Of a stretch of 64,000 nucleotides of DNA, positions 1-10,367 are shown piece after piece. Source of the DNA: Gammaproteobacteria bacterium (GTDB taxonomy: Bacteria > Pseudomonadota > Gammaproteobacteria > Eutrophobiales > Eutrophobiaceae); NCBI GenBank assembly GCA_965243205.1, contig CBDEUK010000002.1, positions 1,728,001-1,792,000 of the forward strand, read 5' to 3'. A program made the position numbers and the translations under genes. The first letter of the stretch is position 1, and each line of letters opens with the position of its first letter. The notes beneath the pieces were generated by a model. That model did not search any database, was not told the origin of the DNA, and saw only the letters and a list, made by a program, of their open reading frames with translations.

Positions 1-1
1 T

Positions 2-313
2 GGTGGTGAATTGCTGATAGATTGTAAATGGTATATTGATGTCTCGGAAAATAAAGGTACGACCAACAACATTAGTAAATCTTTAAGTGCGGGACGATGT
101 CAGGGATTTATTTCTGGCACCGTGAATTCGTATTCACAATTTATTAAAGATGGTCTTATTCAACAAAATCTTTTTTGTCTTCCTGAAAACACCAATACAA
201 CCAAATTGGCTAAAACCATTACAAGCTACCTTAAACAACATGAAGACATGATTGAAACAAACGCATCAGAGTTAACGTTTGATGCTTTTGCAGAAGCCTA
301 CCCTTGTGAATAA
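2..313 (+). CDS. Rap1a/Tai-family immunity-like protein (5' end beyond window edge)
   Basis: Frame is open to the window edge (GGELLIDC...). Pattern C-x-GFI-x-G ... C-LP ... L...I..YL..H ... A..L...AF.EAYPC matches the Rap1a domain. Confidence 0.7.
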   Translation, partial: GGELLIDCKWYIDVSENKGTTNNISKSLSAGRCQGFISGTVNSYSQFIKDGLIQQNLFCLPENTNTTKLAKTITSYLKQHEDMIETNASELTFDAFAEAYPCE

Positions 314-321
314 ACTACAAG

Positions 322-513
322 TATTCTCCCCGTAAGCCTTGCTGAATAATTTAATCTTGATAGCGAAAAACAGACAGGAGTCTGTTTTAGCTCATCCATT
401 CAGGGATGAATGTATGAGCGACGCGTAAGCAAGATTAAATTGTGAGGGGATAAAAGGCGCTTGGGTGTCTTTTCTTTTGATTCGTTTTCTTTGGACAAGC
501 AAAGAAAATGAAT
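322..513 (+). other. Multi-hairpin structured intergenic element (candidate ncRNA or MITE-like repeat)
   Basis: Stems: 348-359/430-441 (12 bp perfect), 367-375/380-388 (loop AGGA), 390-402/407-419 (loop GGGA), 452-460/465-473 and 480-493/500-513. Non-Watson-Crick positions in the last two stems are G-U only on the + strand. Confidence 0.65.
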
Positions 514-554
514 AAATAAATTTTTTATCTACTTTGTACTAACAAAGTATGAGA

Positions 555-1238
555 TCAGCTCATCTTCTCAAAAAGATTCAACGACTCTTCTTGCCCAAGT
601 TCTAACTGCTTAACACTCATCCTTTCTGCTAAGGCATCACGATTAAATCGTGCACGGTCGTCACCAGCTGCTGCTGCTATTGAATACCATGCGTAAGCTT
701 GAATATAGTTTTGTGGAACTGACACACCCATTTCAAACATTTGAGCAAGCACGTATTGGCTTTCACGTTCTTTAGCTAGAGCGGTTTCTTTTACCCATTG
801 AAAGATCTGTTGGCGGTCTGGTTCGTATAGAACATTATTGATGAGCATTTTGCCCAGTTGATTGCGAGCATCGATATCACCTGATTGAGCTTGTGACATT
901 AGCTCAGTTTGATATGCCATTTCGCTATCGAGGTAAGGTTGGTCAGCTTTATCAATCGCTGCCAAATTCATGATGGCGTTTTTATGGCCTTGGCTTGCGG
1001 CCTTTTCATACCAAGCTAACGCACGACCTTCGTCCTGAGGCAAACCATCGCCCACTTCATACGCAAAGCCAACCTTAAACTGCGCATGCGCATCACCCTG
1101 ATAAGCTTGAGATTGGTAATAGCCTAATAGCTTTTTCGATTCTTGTTGAGCGGTCGCCAATTGTAATGGCTCAGCAATAGCCACATCTAAAGTGAATAAC
1201 AAGGCAATGAGTAGAATTTTGTAAGCCATGACACGCAA
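555..1238 (-). CDS. Sel1-like repeat (TPR) exported protein
   Basis: Signal-peptide-like N-terminus; Sel1 repeats AQFKVGFAYEVGDG...ALAWYEKAASQG and SQYVLAQMFEMG...AYAWYSIAAAAG. Confidence 0.85.
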   Translation of the reverse strand: MRVMAYKILLIALLFTLDVAIAEPLQLATAQQESKKLLGYYQSQAYQGDAHAQFKVGFAYEVGDGLPQDEGRALAWYEKAASQGHKNAIMNLAAIDKADQPYLDSEMAYQTELMSQAQSGDIDARNQLGKMLINNVLYEPDRQQIFQWVKETALAKERESQYVLAQMFEMGVSVPQNYIQAYAWYSIAAAAGDDRARFNRDALAERMSVKQLELGQEESLNLFEKMS

Positions 1239-1364
1239 CCTGCTGGTAATGATGCATTTTTATCGGTCATTCTACGAAAAACTTTAATTCAGACATGCAG
1301 AAATGAGTGATTCTGTTAGAATTTCGCCAACTTTTTTAACCAATCAGAATGACCAAGAGGAAAC

Positions 1365-2111
1365 ATGGCTGGACATAGTAAGTGGGCCAATATTCAACAC
1401 AGAAAAGGCCGCCAAGACGCAAAGCGTGGGAAACTATTCACGCGTTTAATCCGAGAAATTACCGTAGCTGCGAAATTAGGTGGCGGCGACCCTGATGCGA
1501 ACCCGCGCTTACGTGCCGCGATCGATACCGCCAAGTCGCAAAGTATGCCGAAAGACACCATCGAACGCGCTGTTGTTCGTGGTTCTGGTGGTGGTGATGG
1601 CGATAACGTTGAAGAAATTCGCTATGAAGGTTATGGCCCTGGTGGTGTCGCCGTTTTAGTCGATACCATGACTGATAACAAAAATCGCACAGTCGCCGAA
1701 GTTCGCCACGCGTTCACGAAATTTGGTGGCAACTTAGGCACAGATGGCTCCGTTTCCTATATGTTCGCTAAAGTCGGCTTGATATCATACCCAGCTGGAG
1801 CAGATGAGGACGCTATTATGGAAGCAGCATTGGAGAGCGGCGCAGAGGACATTGTCACCAATGAAGACAGCTCCATTGATGTGATTACCGAACCTGATAC
1901 ATTTGTTGATGTAAAAGAAGCTCTCGTTGCTGCTGGCCATGAACCTGAATCAGCTGAAGTAACCATGCGAGCTGATAATAACTCACCATTAGATGCCAAA
2001 GGTGCTGAAAGCATGCTGAAGTTATTGGATTTGTTGGAAGATTTAGACGATGTGCAAAAAGTCTATTCCAATGCGGAAATTCCTGATGATGTACTTGAGC
2101 AACTGGGCTAG
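1365..2111 (+). CDS. yebC: YebC/PmpR family protein
   Basis: [30 protein letters not shown]; directly upstream of ruvC; RBS GAGG. Confidence 0.97.
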   Translation: MAGHSKWANIQHRKGRQDAKRGKLFTRLIREITVAAKLGGGDPDANPRLRAAIDTAKSQSMPKDTIERAVVRGSGGGDGDNVEEIRYEGYGPGGVAVLVDTMTDNKNRTVAEVRHAFTKFGGNLGTDGSVSYMFAKVGLISYPAGADEDAIMEAALESGAEDIVTNEDSSIDVITEPDTFVDVKEALVAAGHEPESAEVTMRADNNSPLDAKGAESMLKLLDLLEDLDDVQKVYSNAEIPDDVLEQLG

Positions 2112-2630
2112 ATGATAAGAATACTCGGTATTGACCCCGGTTCAATTAATACTGGTTACGGAATCATCGATACCGAAGGCAATCATTCCAAACATATTGA
2201 TAATGGCATTATCAAAATCAAGGGCGAAGAATTACCTGATAAACTGAAATGCATTTATTCTGGCTTGAATGAATTAATTCATGAATTCAAACCCGATGAA
2301 ATTTCTATCGAAAAAGTTTTCATGCATCGTAATGCCGATTCAGCATTGAAACTTGGCCAAGCCCGTGGCGCAGCTATCTGTGCTTGCACCATGCAAGACT
2401 TACCTGTTTACGAATACACCGCGAACCAAGTGAAACAGGCCACAGTGGGTAAAGGTCATGCTGCTAAAGAACAAGTACAACACATGATCAAAGTACTTTT
2501 ATGTTTACAAGAAGTCCCAGCCGCTGATGCAGCCGACGCTCTTGCAATTGCACTTTGCCATGCACATTCGCGTGAAGGTTTGTTACGTATGCAAGGCGTG
2601 CAAGGCATTCGTAAAGGACGTTTACAATGA
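2112..2630 (+). CDS. ruvC: Holliday junction resolvase RuvC
   Basis: ILGIDPGS, LKLGQARG, DAADALAIA. Confidence 0.97.
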   Translation: MIRILGIDPGSINTGYGIIDTEGNHSKHIDNGIIKIKGEELPDKLKCIYSGLNELIHEFKPDEISIEKVFMHRNADSALKLGQARGAAICACTMQDLPVYEYTANQVKQATVGKGHAAKEQVQHMIKVLLCLQEVPAADAADALAIALCHAHSREGLLRMQGVQGIRKGRLQ

Positions 2631-3229
2631 TTGGGCGTTTAACTGGCAAACTTATCGAAAAACAACCACCGCATTTATTAGTAGATGTAAATGGCGTCGC
2701 CTATGAGGTGGAAGCGCCGATGACAACGATTTACCAACTACCAGAAGTTGGTGATGACGTTGTTCTGTTTACCCATTTAGCGGTACGCGATGATGCGCAT
2801 TTATTGTTTGGTTTTGCAGAACGTTCTGAGCGCAGTTTGTTTCGCACATTAATCAAGATTAATGGCGTAGGAGCCAAAATGGCCTTGGCAATTCTCTCTG
2901 GTATTGGTGCAAGTGAGTTTGCTGAATGTGTGGAAAGTAAAAATATTGATCGTCTAGTCAAACTACCTGGCGTTGGCAAAAAAACTGCTGAACGATTGAT
3001 TATCGAGATGAAAGATAAACTTGGTGACATTGAAGGTAATTTCAGTGTTTCTACGAATAAAGTCGATGCCCCAATTCAAAGTGATTCACCGTCTGATGAA
3101 GCCGTTAGCGCCTTAATCGGCCTTGGTTATAAACCACAAGAAGCCAGTCGTTTTGTAATGGCCGTCGCGCAAGAAGGTATGAACAGTGAAGAAATTATTC
3201 GCGAGGCATTAAAAACCTCTGTGAAATAA
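2627..3229 (+). CDS. ruvA: Holliday junction branch migration protein RuvA
   Basis: MIGRLTG, HhH motifs GVGAKMA and PGVGKKTAER, C-terminal ALIGLGY. Confidence 0.97.
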   Translation: MIGRLTGKLIEKQPPHLLVDVNGVAYEVEAPMTTIYQLPEVGDDVVLFTHLAVRDDAHLLFGFAERSERSLFRTLIKINGVGAKMALAILSGIGASEFAECVESKNIDRLVKLPGVGKKTAERLIIEMKDKLGDIEGNFSVSTNKVDAPIQSDSPSDEAVSALIGLGYKPQEASRFVMAVAQEGMNSEEIIREALKTSVK

Positions 3230-3343
3230 AAAAGTCATAACATTTCCATAATTTAGTCCACAATTCACAGAGTTTTTCTGATTTAATATATGAATTAAAC
3301 CCGTTTAGCTTTCTGGTTCGTTACAAGAGATAATAAACAGAAT

Positions 3344-4396
3344 ATGTCGGAACCTAATCCAATTATTTCACCTGAAAACAGTGCCGAAGATAGCGCTGCA
3401 GATAATAGTCTCCGCCCGAAACGCCTTAAAGACTACCTTGGTCAAGAAGCCGTTCATGAGCAAATGGAAATTTTTATCGGCGCTGCGCGTAAACGCCAAG
3501 AATCTCTCGACCACGTTTTAATCTTTGGTCCTCCTGGATTAGGCAAAACTACCTTAGCCAATATTATTGCCAATGAGATGGAAGTGAACCTTCGTCAAAC
3601 TTCGGGGCCAGTTCTAGAACGAGCAGGTGATTTAGCCGCATTGCTGACTAACCTAGAACCTCACGATGTGTTATTCATCGATGAAATCCACCGTTTGAGT
3701 CCAGTGGTCGAAGAAGTCTTATACCCTGCAATGGAAGACTATCAAATCGATATCATGATTGGTGAAGGCCCTGCTGCCAGGGCAATTAAATTGGATGTGC
3801 CACCGTTTACTCTTATTGGTGCAACGACACGAGCTGGTTTATTAACCTCGCCGCTTCGGGATCGTTTCGGGATCGTGCAACGCTTGGAGTTTTATAAACC
3901 TGAAGAGATTGCGGATATTGTCCAACGCTCAGGAAAAATTTTAGATGTGGAAGTCTCCACTGAAGGTGCAAATGAAATTGCCAAACGCTCACGCGGCACA
4001 CCAAGAATCGCGAATAGGCTCTTACGTCGTGTACGTGATTACGCCGAAGTGAAAGGTGATGGCAATATTGAAGAAGGTATTGCGGCCAAAGCACTCGACT
4101 TACTGGATGTCGATGCCAATGGCTTTGATACTATGGATAGAAAGCTCTTACTCGCCATTATGCAAAAATTCGATGGAGGCCCTGTTGGCGCGGATAGTCT
4201 AGCGGCAGCGATTGGTGAGGAACGCGATACGATTGAAGATGTCATCGAACCATTTTTAATCCAACAAGGTTTTATGATGCGTACTCCTAGGGGACGCACT
4301 GTCACCAAACGTGCCTGGTTACACTTTGGCCTTGAAGTACCCGAACAAAATAACGCGAACACATCCAAGGAATCCGACTTATTTGATGAACAATAA
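3344..4396 (+). CDS. ruvB: Holliday junction branch migration ATPase RuvB
   Basis: LRP, Walker [35 protein letters not shown]. Confidence 0.98.
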   Translation: MSEPNPIISPENSAEDSAADNSLRPKRLKDYLGQEAVHEQMEIFIGAARKRQESLDHVLIFGPPGLGKTTLANIIANEMEVNLRQTSGPVLERAGDLAALLTNLEPHDVLFIDEIHRLSPVVEEVLYPAMEDYQIDIMIGEGPAARAIKLDVPPFTLIGATTRAGLLTSPLRDRFGIVQRLEFYKPEEIADIVQRSGKILDVEVSTEGANEIAKRSRGTPRIANRLLRRVRDYAEVKGDGNIEEGIAAKALDLLDVDANGFDTMDRKLLLAIMQKFDGGPVGADSLAAAIGEERDTIEDVIEPFLIQQGFMMRTPRGRTVTKRAWLHFGLEVPEQNNANTSKESDLFDEQ

Positions 4397-4802
4397 TGCG
4401 TTCCAGTTCACAGTACGGGTTTATTACGAGGATACCGATGCGGGAGGAGTGGTCTACCATTCGAACTATTTAAACTATTTAGAACGCGCCCGTACCGAAT
4501 GGTTACGGAACCTTGGCTATGAACAAGATGTCTTGATAGAACAAGAACAACTAATATTCGCAGTAAGAAAAGTATCAATTGACTATATCTTACCTGCGAA
4601 ATTTAATGATTTACTCACAGTATCGACAATGATTAATAGTATTTCGGGGGTTAGCCTCGAATTTAAACAGCAAATCTTCAAACAAGAGACTCTACTCGCA
4701 GAGGCTACTGTCCAAGTAGTCGCTCTTGATAGCCTTTCTTTAAAACCTAAACGCCTTAATACTAAAATAAAAGAGGACCTCACTCGTGTCTCCATCGGCT
4801 GA
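4386..4802 (+). CDS. ybgC: Tol-Pal-associated acyl-CoA thioesterase YbgC
   Basis: [19 protein letters not shown]...ERARTE. ATG at 4386 (overlapping the ruvB end) is preferred over the track start at 4311. Confidence 0.93.
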   Translation: MNNNAFQFTVRVYYEDTDAGGVVYHSNYLNYLERARTEWLRNLGYEQDVLIEQEQLIFAVRKVSIDYILPAKFNDLLTVSTMINSISGVSLEFKQQIFKQETLLAEATVQVVALDSLSLKPKRLNTKIKEDLTRVSIG

Positions 4803-5466
4803 TTTATCATTTATTCATCTAATTACTAATGCCAGTTTGTTAGTTCAACTGGTGATGTTAGCGCTGGTTATCGCATCCGTGATTTCCTGGACCATGATTT
4901 TTAACAAACGCTTCATGCTCGGCAAAGCAAAAAAAGAAGCTAATGATTTTGAGGAAAGGTTCTGGTCATTAGATGATTTAACACCTTTGTACACACGTGT
5001 TACTCAAAAAAATTATCAAGCCAGCGGCATGGAAAAGATCTTCGAAGCAGGCTTTCGTGAATTTGCGCGTTTACGTAAACAAGAAAGCATCGACCCTGAA
5101 CATGTACTCGAAGGTGCACAACGCGCTATGCGGGTGGCAATGAATAAAGAAATTGAAGTCTTGGAAACCAATTTATCTTTCCTAGCAACCGTTGGCTCAA
5201 CTTCACCGTATGTCGGTTTGTTTGGAACCGTATGGGGCATCATGAACAGCTTCCGTGCTTTAGGTAATGTTCAGCATGCTACGATTTCAATGGTCGCGCC
5301 AGGTATTGCCGAGGCATTGATTGCAACGGCAATGGGTCTATTCGCTGCGATTCCTGCTGTAATCGCTTATAACCGCTACTCAAATGATGTGGAACGATTA
5401 ATTAATCGTTATGACACTTTCACCGATGAGTTCGCCTCCATCCTTCATCGTTATGCACATTCATAA
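4786..5466 (+). CDS. tolQ: TolQ
   Basis: FLATVGSTSPYVGLFGTVWGIM, PGIAEALIATA; GTG start with GAGG RBS. Confidence 0.97.
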   Translation: MSPSADLSFIHLITNASLLVQLVMLALVIASVISWTMIFNKRFMLGKAKKEANDFEERFWSLDDLTPLYTRVTQKNYQASGMEKIFEAGFREFARLRKQESIDPEHVLEGAQRAMRVAMNKEIEVLETNLSFLATVGSTSPYVGLFGTVWGIMNSFRALGNVQHATISMVAPGIAEALIATAMGLFAAIPAVIAYNRYSNDVERLINRYDTFTDEFASILHRYAHS

Positions 5467-5483
5467 GTTAGGATGATTATTTA

Positions 5484-5909
5484 ATGCGACCTAGAATCCG
5501 CAAACGACCTATGGCTGAAATTAATGTAGTTCCATACATTGATGTGATGTTGGTGTTATTAGTCATCTTTATGATCACCGCACCGTTATTAACTCAAGGC
5601 GTAAAAGTTGATTTGCCGAAAACAGATGCGCAAGCCTTACCACCCGACGGCAAAGAACCAGTGATCATTAATGTAAATAAAGAAGGTGAATTTTTTATTA
5701 ACTATGGTGAAAACCAAGATAAGCCTATCAATGCACAAGACTTAGTCACACGAGTCAATGCCGTTTTAGAATTAAATCAATTTAAAATTCCTGTGTTGGT
5801 CGGTGGCGATAACGATGTGCCTTATGGAAAAATCGTTCAGTTAATGGCTTTGTTACAAAAAGCAGGTGTGGAAGGCGTAGGTATGTTGACCGATCCTCTG
5901 GAGCCGTAA
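5484..5909 (+). CDS. tolR: TolR
   Basis: EINVVPYIDVMLVLLVIFM; follows tolQ. Confidence 0.96.
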   Translation: MRPRIRKRPMAEINVVPYIDVMLVLLVIFMITAPLLTQGVKVDLPKTDAQALPPDGKEPVIINVNKEGEFFINYGENQDKPINAQDLVTRVNAVLELNQFKIPVLVGGDNDVPYGKIVQLMALLQKAGVEGVGMLTDPLEP

Positions 5910-5915
5910 TCCTGT

Positions 5916-6875
5916 ATGTACATTACTTGGTTTACATCGCTTACTTCGTTTCTTAAATCGATTGCTCTGCATCTTTTTTTGATCGGTTTACTAATGTTTA
6001 GTATTGAATTTGCTCCCAAACCTGTAAAACCAATTATTAAAGAAGTAAATATTGTAAACGCTGTAAGTGTTGATAAGACCGAAGTACAAGCAGAACTGAA
6101 TAAATTAAAAAAAGCCGAGCAAGCGAAGAAAGATAAAGAACAAAAAAGACAAAAAGAACTCGAACAAAAAGCAAAGAAGGCAGAACAACAACGCAAGCAA
6201 GAAGAGAAAAAACTTCAAGAAATCAAAAAACAACAAGAACAAAAAAAAGCAGAAGAAGCATTACGTTTAAAAAAACTCAAAGAAGAAGAAAAGAAAGCGG
6301 AACAAAAACGCAAAGAGGAAGAGGAGAAGAAGCGTAAAGCCGAAGAAGAACGTAAAAAAATAGAAGAAGAAAAACGTAAAGCTGAGGAAGAGAAAAAACG
6401 TATAGAGGAAGAAAAGAAAAAAGCCGCTGAGGAAAAGCAACGTTTAGAAGAAGAACAGCGTAAAGAGGCGGAACGACTTAAAAAACTAGAAGAAGAGCGT
6501 AAGAAGAAAGAAGCTGAAGATGCTCTAAGAAAACAAATCGAAGAAGAGGCTGAAGCAGAAAGATTACAAGCTCAAGCTGCAGCAGACGCGACTTTGAGTC
6601 AAAAAATTGCTGCTGAACTTAGAAATAAAGTGACCAGAAATTTTAACCGTAGTGGTTTAGAACCAGGTTTAAGTTGTAAATTAAAAATTCAGTTAGTACC
6701 TGGTGGAGAAGTAGTCGGTGTGAGCGTGGCTAAATCTAGCGGCAATGACATCTTTGATACTCGTGCTATTAGCGCCGTGAAGCGGGCAGCGCCATTTGAA
6801 GTAGTTCCTGGCGACTTAGAACAATTTGAACGTTTAGGCTTAAGAACTATTACTTTTAATTTCAACCCTAATTAA
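5916..6875 (+). CDS. tolA: TolA
   Basis: N-terminal TM with S-x3-H (SIALH), long E/K/A-rich helix, TonB-like C-terminal domain (SSGNDIFD..A..AV..AAP). Exact start uncertain. Confidence 0.92.
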   Translation: MYITWFTSLTSFLKSIALHLFLIGLLMFSIEFAPKPVKPIIKEVNIVNAVSVDKTEVQAELNKLKKAEQAKKDKEQKRQKELEQKAKKAEQQRKQEEKKLQEIKKQQEQKKAEEALRLKKLKEEEKKAEQKRKEEEEKKRKAEEERKKIEEEKRKAEEEKKRIEEEKKKAAEEKQRLEEEQRKEAERLKKLEEERKKKEAEDALRKQIEEEAEAERLQAQAAADATLSQKIAAELRNKVTRNFNRSGLEPGLSCKLKIQLVPGGEVVGVSVAKSSGNDIFDTRAISAVKRAAPFEVVPGDLEQFERLGLRTITFNFNPN

Positions 6876-6888
6876 TGTTGGTGGAAAA

Positions 6889-8190
6889 ATGTCTTACTTA
6901 AAATATTTTAAATTTTTATTTTTTATTTTACTTACTTTTCCTACTAGTTCTTATTCGTTTGAAATCGATATTAATGAAGGCGTTCTCGATCCAATACCCG
7001 TTGCTATTGTTCCATTCGGCTGGTCAGAGCCTGCTAATGTTGCTCCTATCGACATCGCTTCAGTCATTCGTAATGACTTAACTCGTAGCGGTCGCTTTAA
7101 TACTTTAACTGAAGAAAAATTACCGGAAAAACCTTCACAACAAGAAATGATCAATTTTCGTAATTGGCGCATGAGTGGCATGGATAATTTGTTGATTGGT
7201 GATTTAAAAATTAACGAATCAGGTGAATACATCATAACCTTTCAATTGTTCAATGTTCACAATCAACAAGCTTTGGCTAGAGGCCGTGTAAAAGCATCAG
7301 CAAAAAACCTAAGACGTGTTGCTCATCAAATTAGCGATATTGTTTATGAAAAACTCTTAGGGGTGAAAGGCGCGTTCTCAACTCGCATCGCTTATATCAC
7401 TGTTAAAAAATCGATAGATGGAAAAAAAATACACAGTTTAAAAATAGCCGATTCTGATGGTGAGAACATTCAAACCTTAATTGATTCTCCTGAACCATTG
7501 TTATCTCCAAGCTGGTCTCCTGACGGTCGTAAATTGGCTTATGTTTCTTTTGAAAAGAAAAATTCCGCAATAGTCGTACAAGATATTTTCGACCGCTCAC
7601 GTAAAATTGTTCAGTCTGGTCCTGGTATTAATAGCTCACCAGCCTGGTCACCTGATGGTTCACGTTTAGCCATGACCTTATCCAAAGATGGTAACCCTGA
7701 AATTTACATTAAGCATTTATCTTCAGGCTTATTACAACGAGTGACTAATAATCGTGCTATTGATACGGAAGCAAACTGGTCACCTGATGGTTCTAAATTA
7801 GCGTTCACTTCTGACCGCAGCGGTAGACCACAAATTTATGAAGTAAATGTAGAAGGTGGTTCACCTAAACGGATTAGCTTTGAAGGTAAATATAACTCCC
7901 GTCCAATTTATTCTCCAAACGGAGATGAAATTGCTGTTGTCTCTGGAGGTAATGGACAGTTTAAGATCGGTGTTTTAGATCCTGCATCGGGCTCGTTAAA
8001 ACTCTTAACCAACTCAAAATTAGATGAGTCTCCAAGCTTTGCACCAAATGGTCACATGATCGTTTATACCACGTTGGGTTTCCGCGGTACTAAGTTAGCT
8101 GTGGTTTCTAATGATGGGCAAGTAAAAGGCAATATGGCTCTACAAGATGGTGAAGTGCGAGAACCTTCCTGGGGGCCTTTGATCAAATAA
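6889..8190 (+). CDS. tolB: TolB beta-propeller protein
   Basis: PVAIVPF, AHQISD, repeated P.WSPDG motifs. Confidence 0.97.
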   Translation: MSYLKYFKFLFFILLTFPTSSYSFEIDINEGVLDPIPVAIVPFGWSEPANVAPIDIASVIRNDLTRSGRFNTLTEEKLPEKPSQQEMINFRNWRMSGMDNLLIGDLKINESGEYIITFQLFNVHNQQALARGRVKASAKNLRRVAHQISDIVYEKLLGVKGAFSTRIAYITVKKSIDGKKIHSLKIADSDGENIQTLIDSPEPLLSPSWSPDGRKLAYVSFEKKNSAIVVQDIFDRSRKIVQSGPGINSSPAWSPDGSRLAMTLSKDGNPEIYIKHLSSGLLQRVTNNRAIDTEANWSPDGSKLAFTSDRSGRPQIYEVNVEGGSPKRISFEGKYNSRPIYSPNGDEIAVVSGGNGQFKIGVLDPASGSLKLLTNSKLDESPSFAPNGHMIVYTTLGFRGTKLAVVSNDGQVKGNMALQDGEVREPSWGPLIK

Positions 8191-8283
8191 ATTATTTCTT
8201 ATAAATATGTTTAATAACCATACAAGCAAAACCATGATATTCTTTAATTATTACACTCGACCAATTGGCCGGAAGGAGTCAAT

Positions 8284-8826
8284 ATGAAAACTCTACATAT
8301 TTCATTATTAATTTTATTAGTCGCTTTAGCTGGTTGTAGCTCTAACGACACCAAACCTGAAGTAGAAGTTGAAGAACGTAGCACAACATTAAATGAATCT
8401 TCATCTGGCACAGGTGATTCAGATATCGAAACATATGGTGCTGACGAATACTCTACATCTGATGTTGAGTCTCTGGATTTAAACGATCCTAATAGCCATC
8501 TGTCTGTTCGACTTATCTACTTTGCTTATGATAGCAGTGATATACGACCTGAGTTCCGCCCAGCAATTGAAGCACATGCTCAATACCTTGCAACACACCC
8601 TGATACTATCATCACTCTCGAAGGCCATACCGATGAACGTGGTTCACGTGAATACAACTTAGCCTTAGGTGAAGCAAGAGCTAAAGCGGTTAAAAGCCAA
8701 CTGACATTATTAGGTGCTTCTTCTGGTCAAATACGAACGGTTAGTTACGGTGAAGAACAACCTGCAGTTGATGGCCACGATGAAGATGCTTGGAGCCAAA
8801 ACCGTAGAGTACAAATACAGTATTAA
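8284..8826 (+). CDS. pal: Peptidoglycan-associated lipoprotein Pal
   Basis: Lipobox LAGC; EGHTDERGSREYNLALGE, SYGEE, NRR. Confidence 0.97.
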   Translation: MKTLHISLLILLVALAGCSSNDTKPEVEVEERSTTLNESSSGTGDSDIETYGADEYSTSDVESLDLNDPNSHLSVRLIYFAYDSSDIRPEFRPAIEAHAQYLATHPDTIITLEGHTDERGSREYNLALGEARAKAVKSQLTLLGASSGQIRTVSYGEEQPAVDGHDEDAWSQNRRVQIQY

Positions 8827-8835
8827 TCACTAAAC

Positions 8836-9678
8836 ATGTTTAAGTTTTTCTTTAGTTTATCACTATTAGTTTGTCTATCAGCAGCATCTGCGAAATCGTA
8901 TGATGCTGCTATCTCTACTCTTGATCTTAGAATTCAACGTTTAGAAAATACTTTAAGCAGCGATGGTCTTCTGGATTTATTTCAACAAGTAGACGAATTA
9001 CAAAATAAAGTAAATTCATTGCAAGGCGATTTAGAAACTCAAAATTATAAACTCAATCAATTAGAGTCATCGCACTCTCAACAGATCTCAGAATTAAACA
9101 GTCGAATTGAAGAACTGGAAAAGACTATACTGTCTTTACAACAACCTGTTTCAAGTGACGTATCTACGATTAATAGCGATCAAGTGATTACCGATCCTAA
9201 TTTACAAGCTGAAGGTGTTATATCCACAGAACCATCTACAGATACAGTAGAACAAACAACTACTGAATTAGCACCGCCTGAAGATGACGAAGCAATCAAA
9301 CAAGAATATCAAAGTGCTTTTAACTTACTAAGAGAGTCTCGTTATGATGAAGCCACACCTGCTTTTAAAAACTTCATAGCATCCTATCCAAAAAGTAGTT
9401 ATGCAGACAATGCTCAATATTGGCTTGCAGAAAGTTTTTACGTACAGCGGGATTTTGATAATGCTATTTTGGCTTATCAAAGTCTTATCGATAATTATCC
9501 TGAAAGCAGCAAGGTTTCTCATGCAGCATTGAAGTTGGCATACAGTTATGAAGAATTGGAACAGATTGATAATGCAACTCAAACTCTAAATTCTATTATT
9601 AATAATTATCCTGGCACTTCTATCGCCGAAGAAGCAAACAAACGTCTACGTTCTTTAAGCAATTCAGAAACAGAATGA
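8836..9678 (+). CDS. cpoB: Tol-Pal protein CpoB/YbgF
   Basis: N-terminal coiled coil and TPRs (YP.S.YADNAQYWLAE); follows pal. Confidence 0.93.
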   Translation: MFKFFFSLSLLVCLSAASAKSYDAAISTLDLRIQRLENTLSSDGLLDLFQQVDELQNKVNSLQGDLETQNYKLNQLESSHSQQISELNSRIEELEKTILSLQQPVSSDVSTINSDQVITDPNLQAEGVISTEPSTDTVEQTTTELAPPEDDEAIKQEYQSAFNLLRESRYDEATPAFKNFIASYPKSSYADNAQYWLAESFYVQRDFDNAILAYQSLIDNYPESSKVSHAALKLAYSYEELEQIDNATQTLNSIINNYPGTSIAEEANKRLRSLSNSETE

Positions 9679-10364
9679 CTTTAGACGTTTCCGTTACTAA
9701 TTCTGATGATCTTCAGAGTTCTGATTTTAGTCTGATCATCAATGAAATCTTTTTCTCTATACAAGGCGAATCGACAACCATTGGTTTACCTACCATATTT
9801 ATCCGTCTGACAGGTTGTCCTTTACGTTGCCAATATTGCGATACCGAATATGCTTTTCATGAAGGTAAAAAATTATCTGCTTCTGAAATATTGGATCAAA
9901 TAAAACAATACTCTACTTCTTATGTGACCGTGACTGGCGGCGAGCCCTTGGTTCAAAAGAATTGTTTGGATCTTTTAACTTTATTACTTGATAGAAACTA
10001 TAAAGTTTCTTTAGAAACCAGTGGCGCTATTGATATATCACCCGTAGATTCAAGAACAAAAATCATTTTAGATTTAAAAACGCCTGCTTCGAATGAATCG
10101 GATAAAAATATTTACACTAACATACAACATATAAAATCAGATGATGAAATTAAATTTGTAATTTGTAATCGCAATGATTATGAATGGTCTAAAGATATCA
10201 TTAAAAAATATAATTTATCTGATAAATGTGTTGTGTTATTTTCAAACAGCCATCATGAACTCAATGCGACTGATCTAGCCAATTGGATCATAGACGATCA
10301 ACTTCCTGTTAGAATGCAAACTCAATTACATAAATATCTTTGGGGCGATGTTCCTGGTAAATAA
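9675..10364 (+). CDS. queE: 7-carboxy-7-deazaguanine synthase QueE (radical SAM)
   Basis: EIFFSIQGE, CPLRCQYCDT, VTGGEPL, QLHK. Confidence 0.96.
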   Translation: MTLDVSVTNSDDLQSSDFSLIINEIFFSIQGESTTIGLPTIFIRLTGCPLRCQYCDTEYAFHEGKKLSASEILDQIKQYSTSYVTVTGGEPLVQKNCLDLLTLLLDRNYKVSLETSGAIDISPVDSRTKIILDLKTPASNESDKNIYTNIQHIKSDDEIKFVICNRNDYEWSKDIIKKYNLSDKCVVLFSNSHHELNATDLANWIIDDQLPVRMQTQLHKYLWGDVPGK

Positions 10365-10367
10365 CCT

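Noticed and set aside
4311-4385. N-terminal extension of the ybgC ORF in the track
   Set aside because: Overlaps ruvB extensively; family similarity begins at the ATG at 4386.
6100-6590. Repetitive GAA/AAA-rich tract with KAEEE-like units
   Set aside because: Normal low-complexity helical domain II of TolA; not a tandem-repeat element or CRISPR.
8640-8655. parS-like TGGTTCACGTGAATAC in pal
   Set aside because: Four mismatches to consensus, and explained by the conserved RGSREY peptide.
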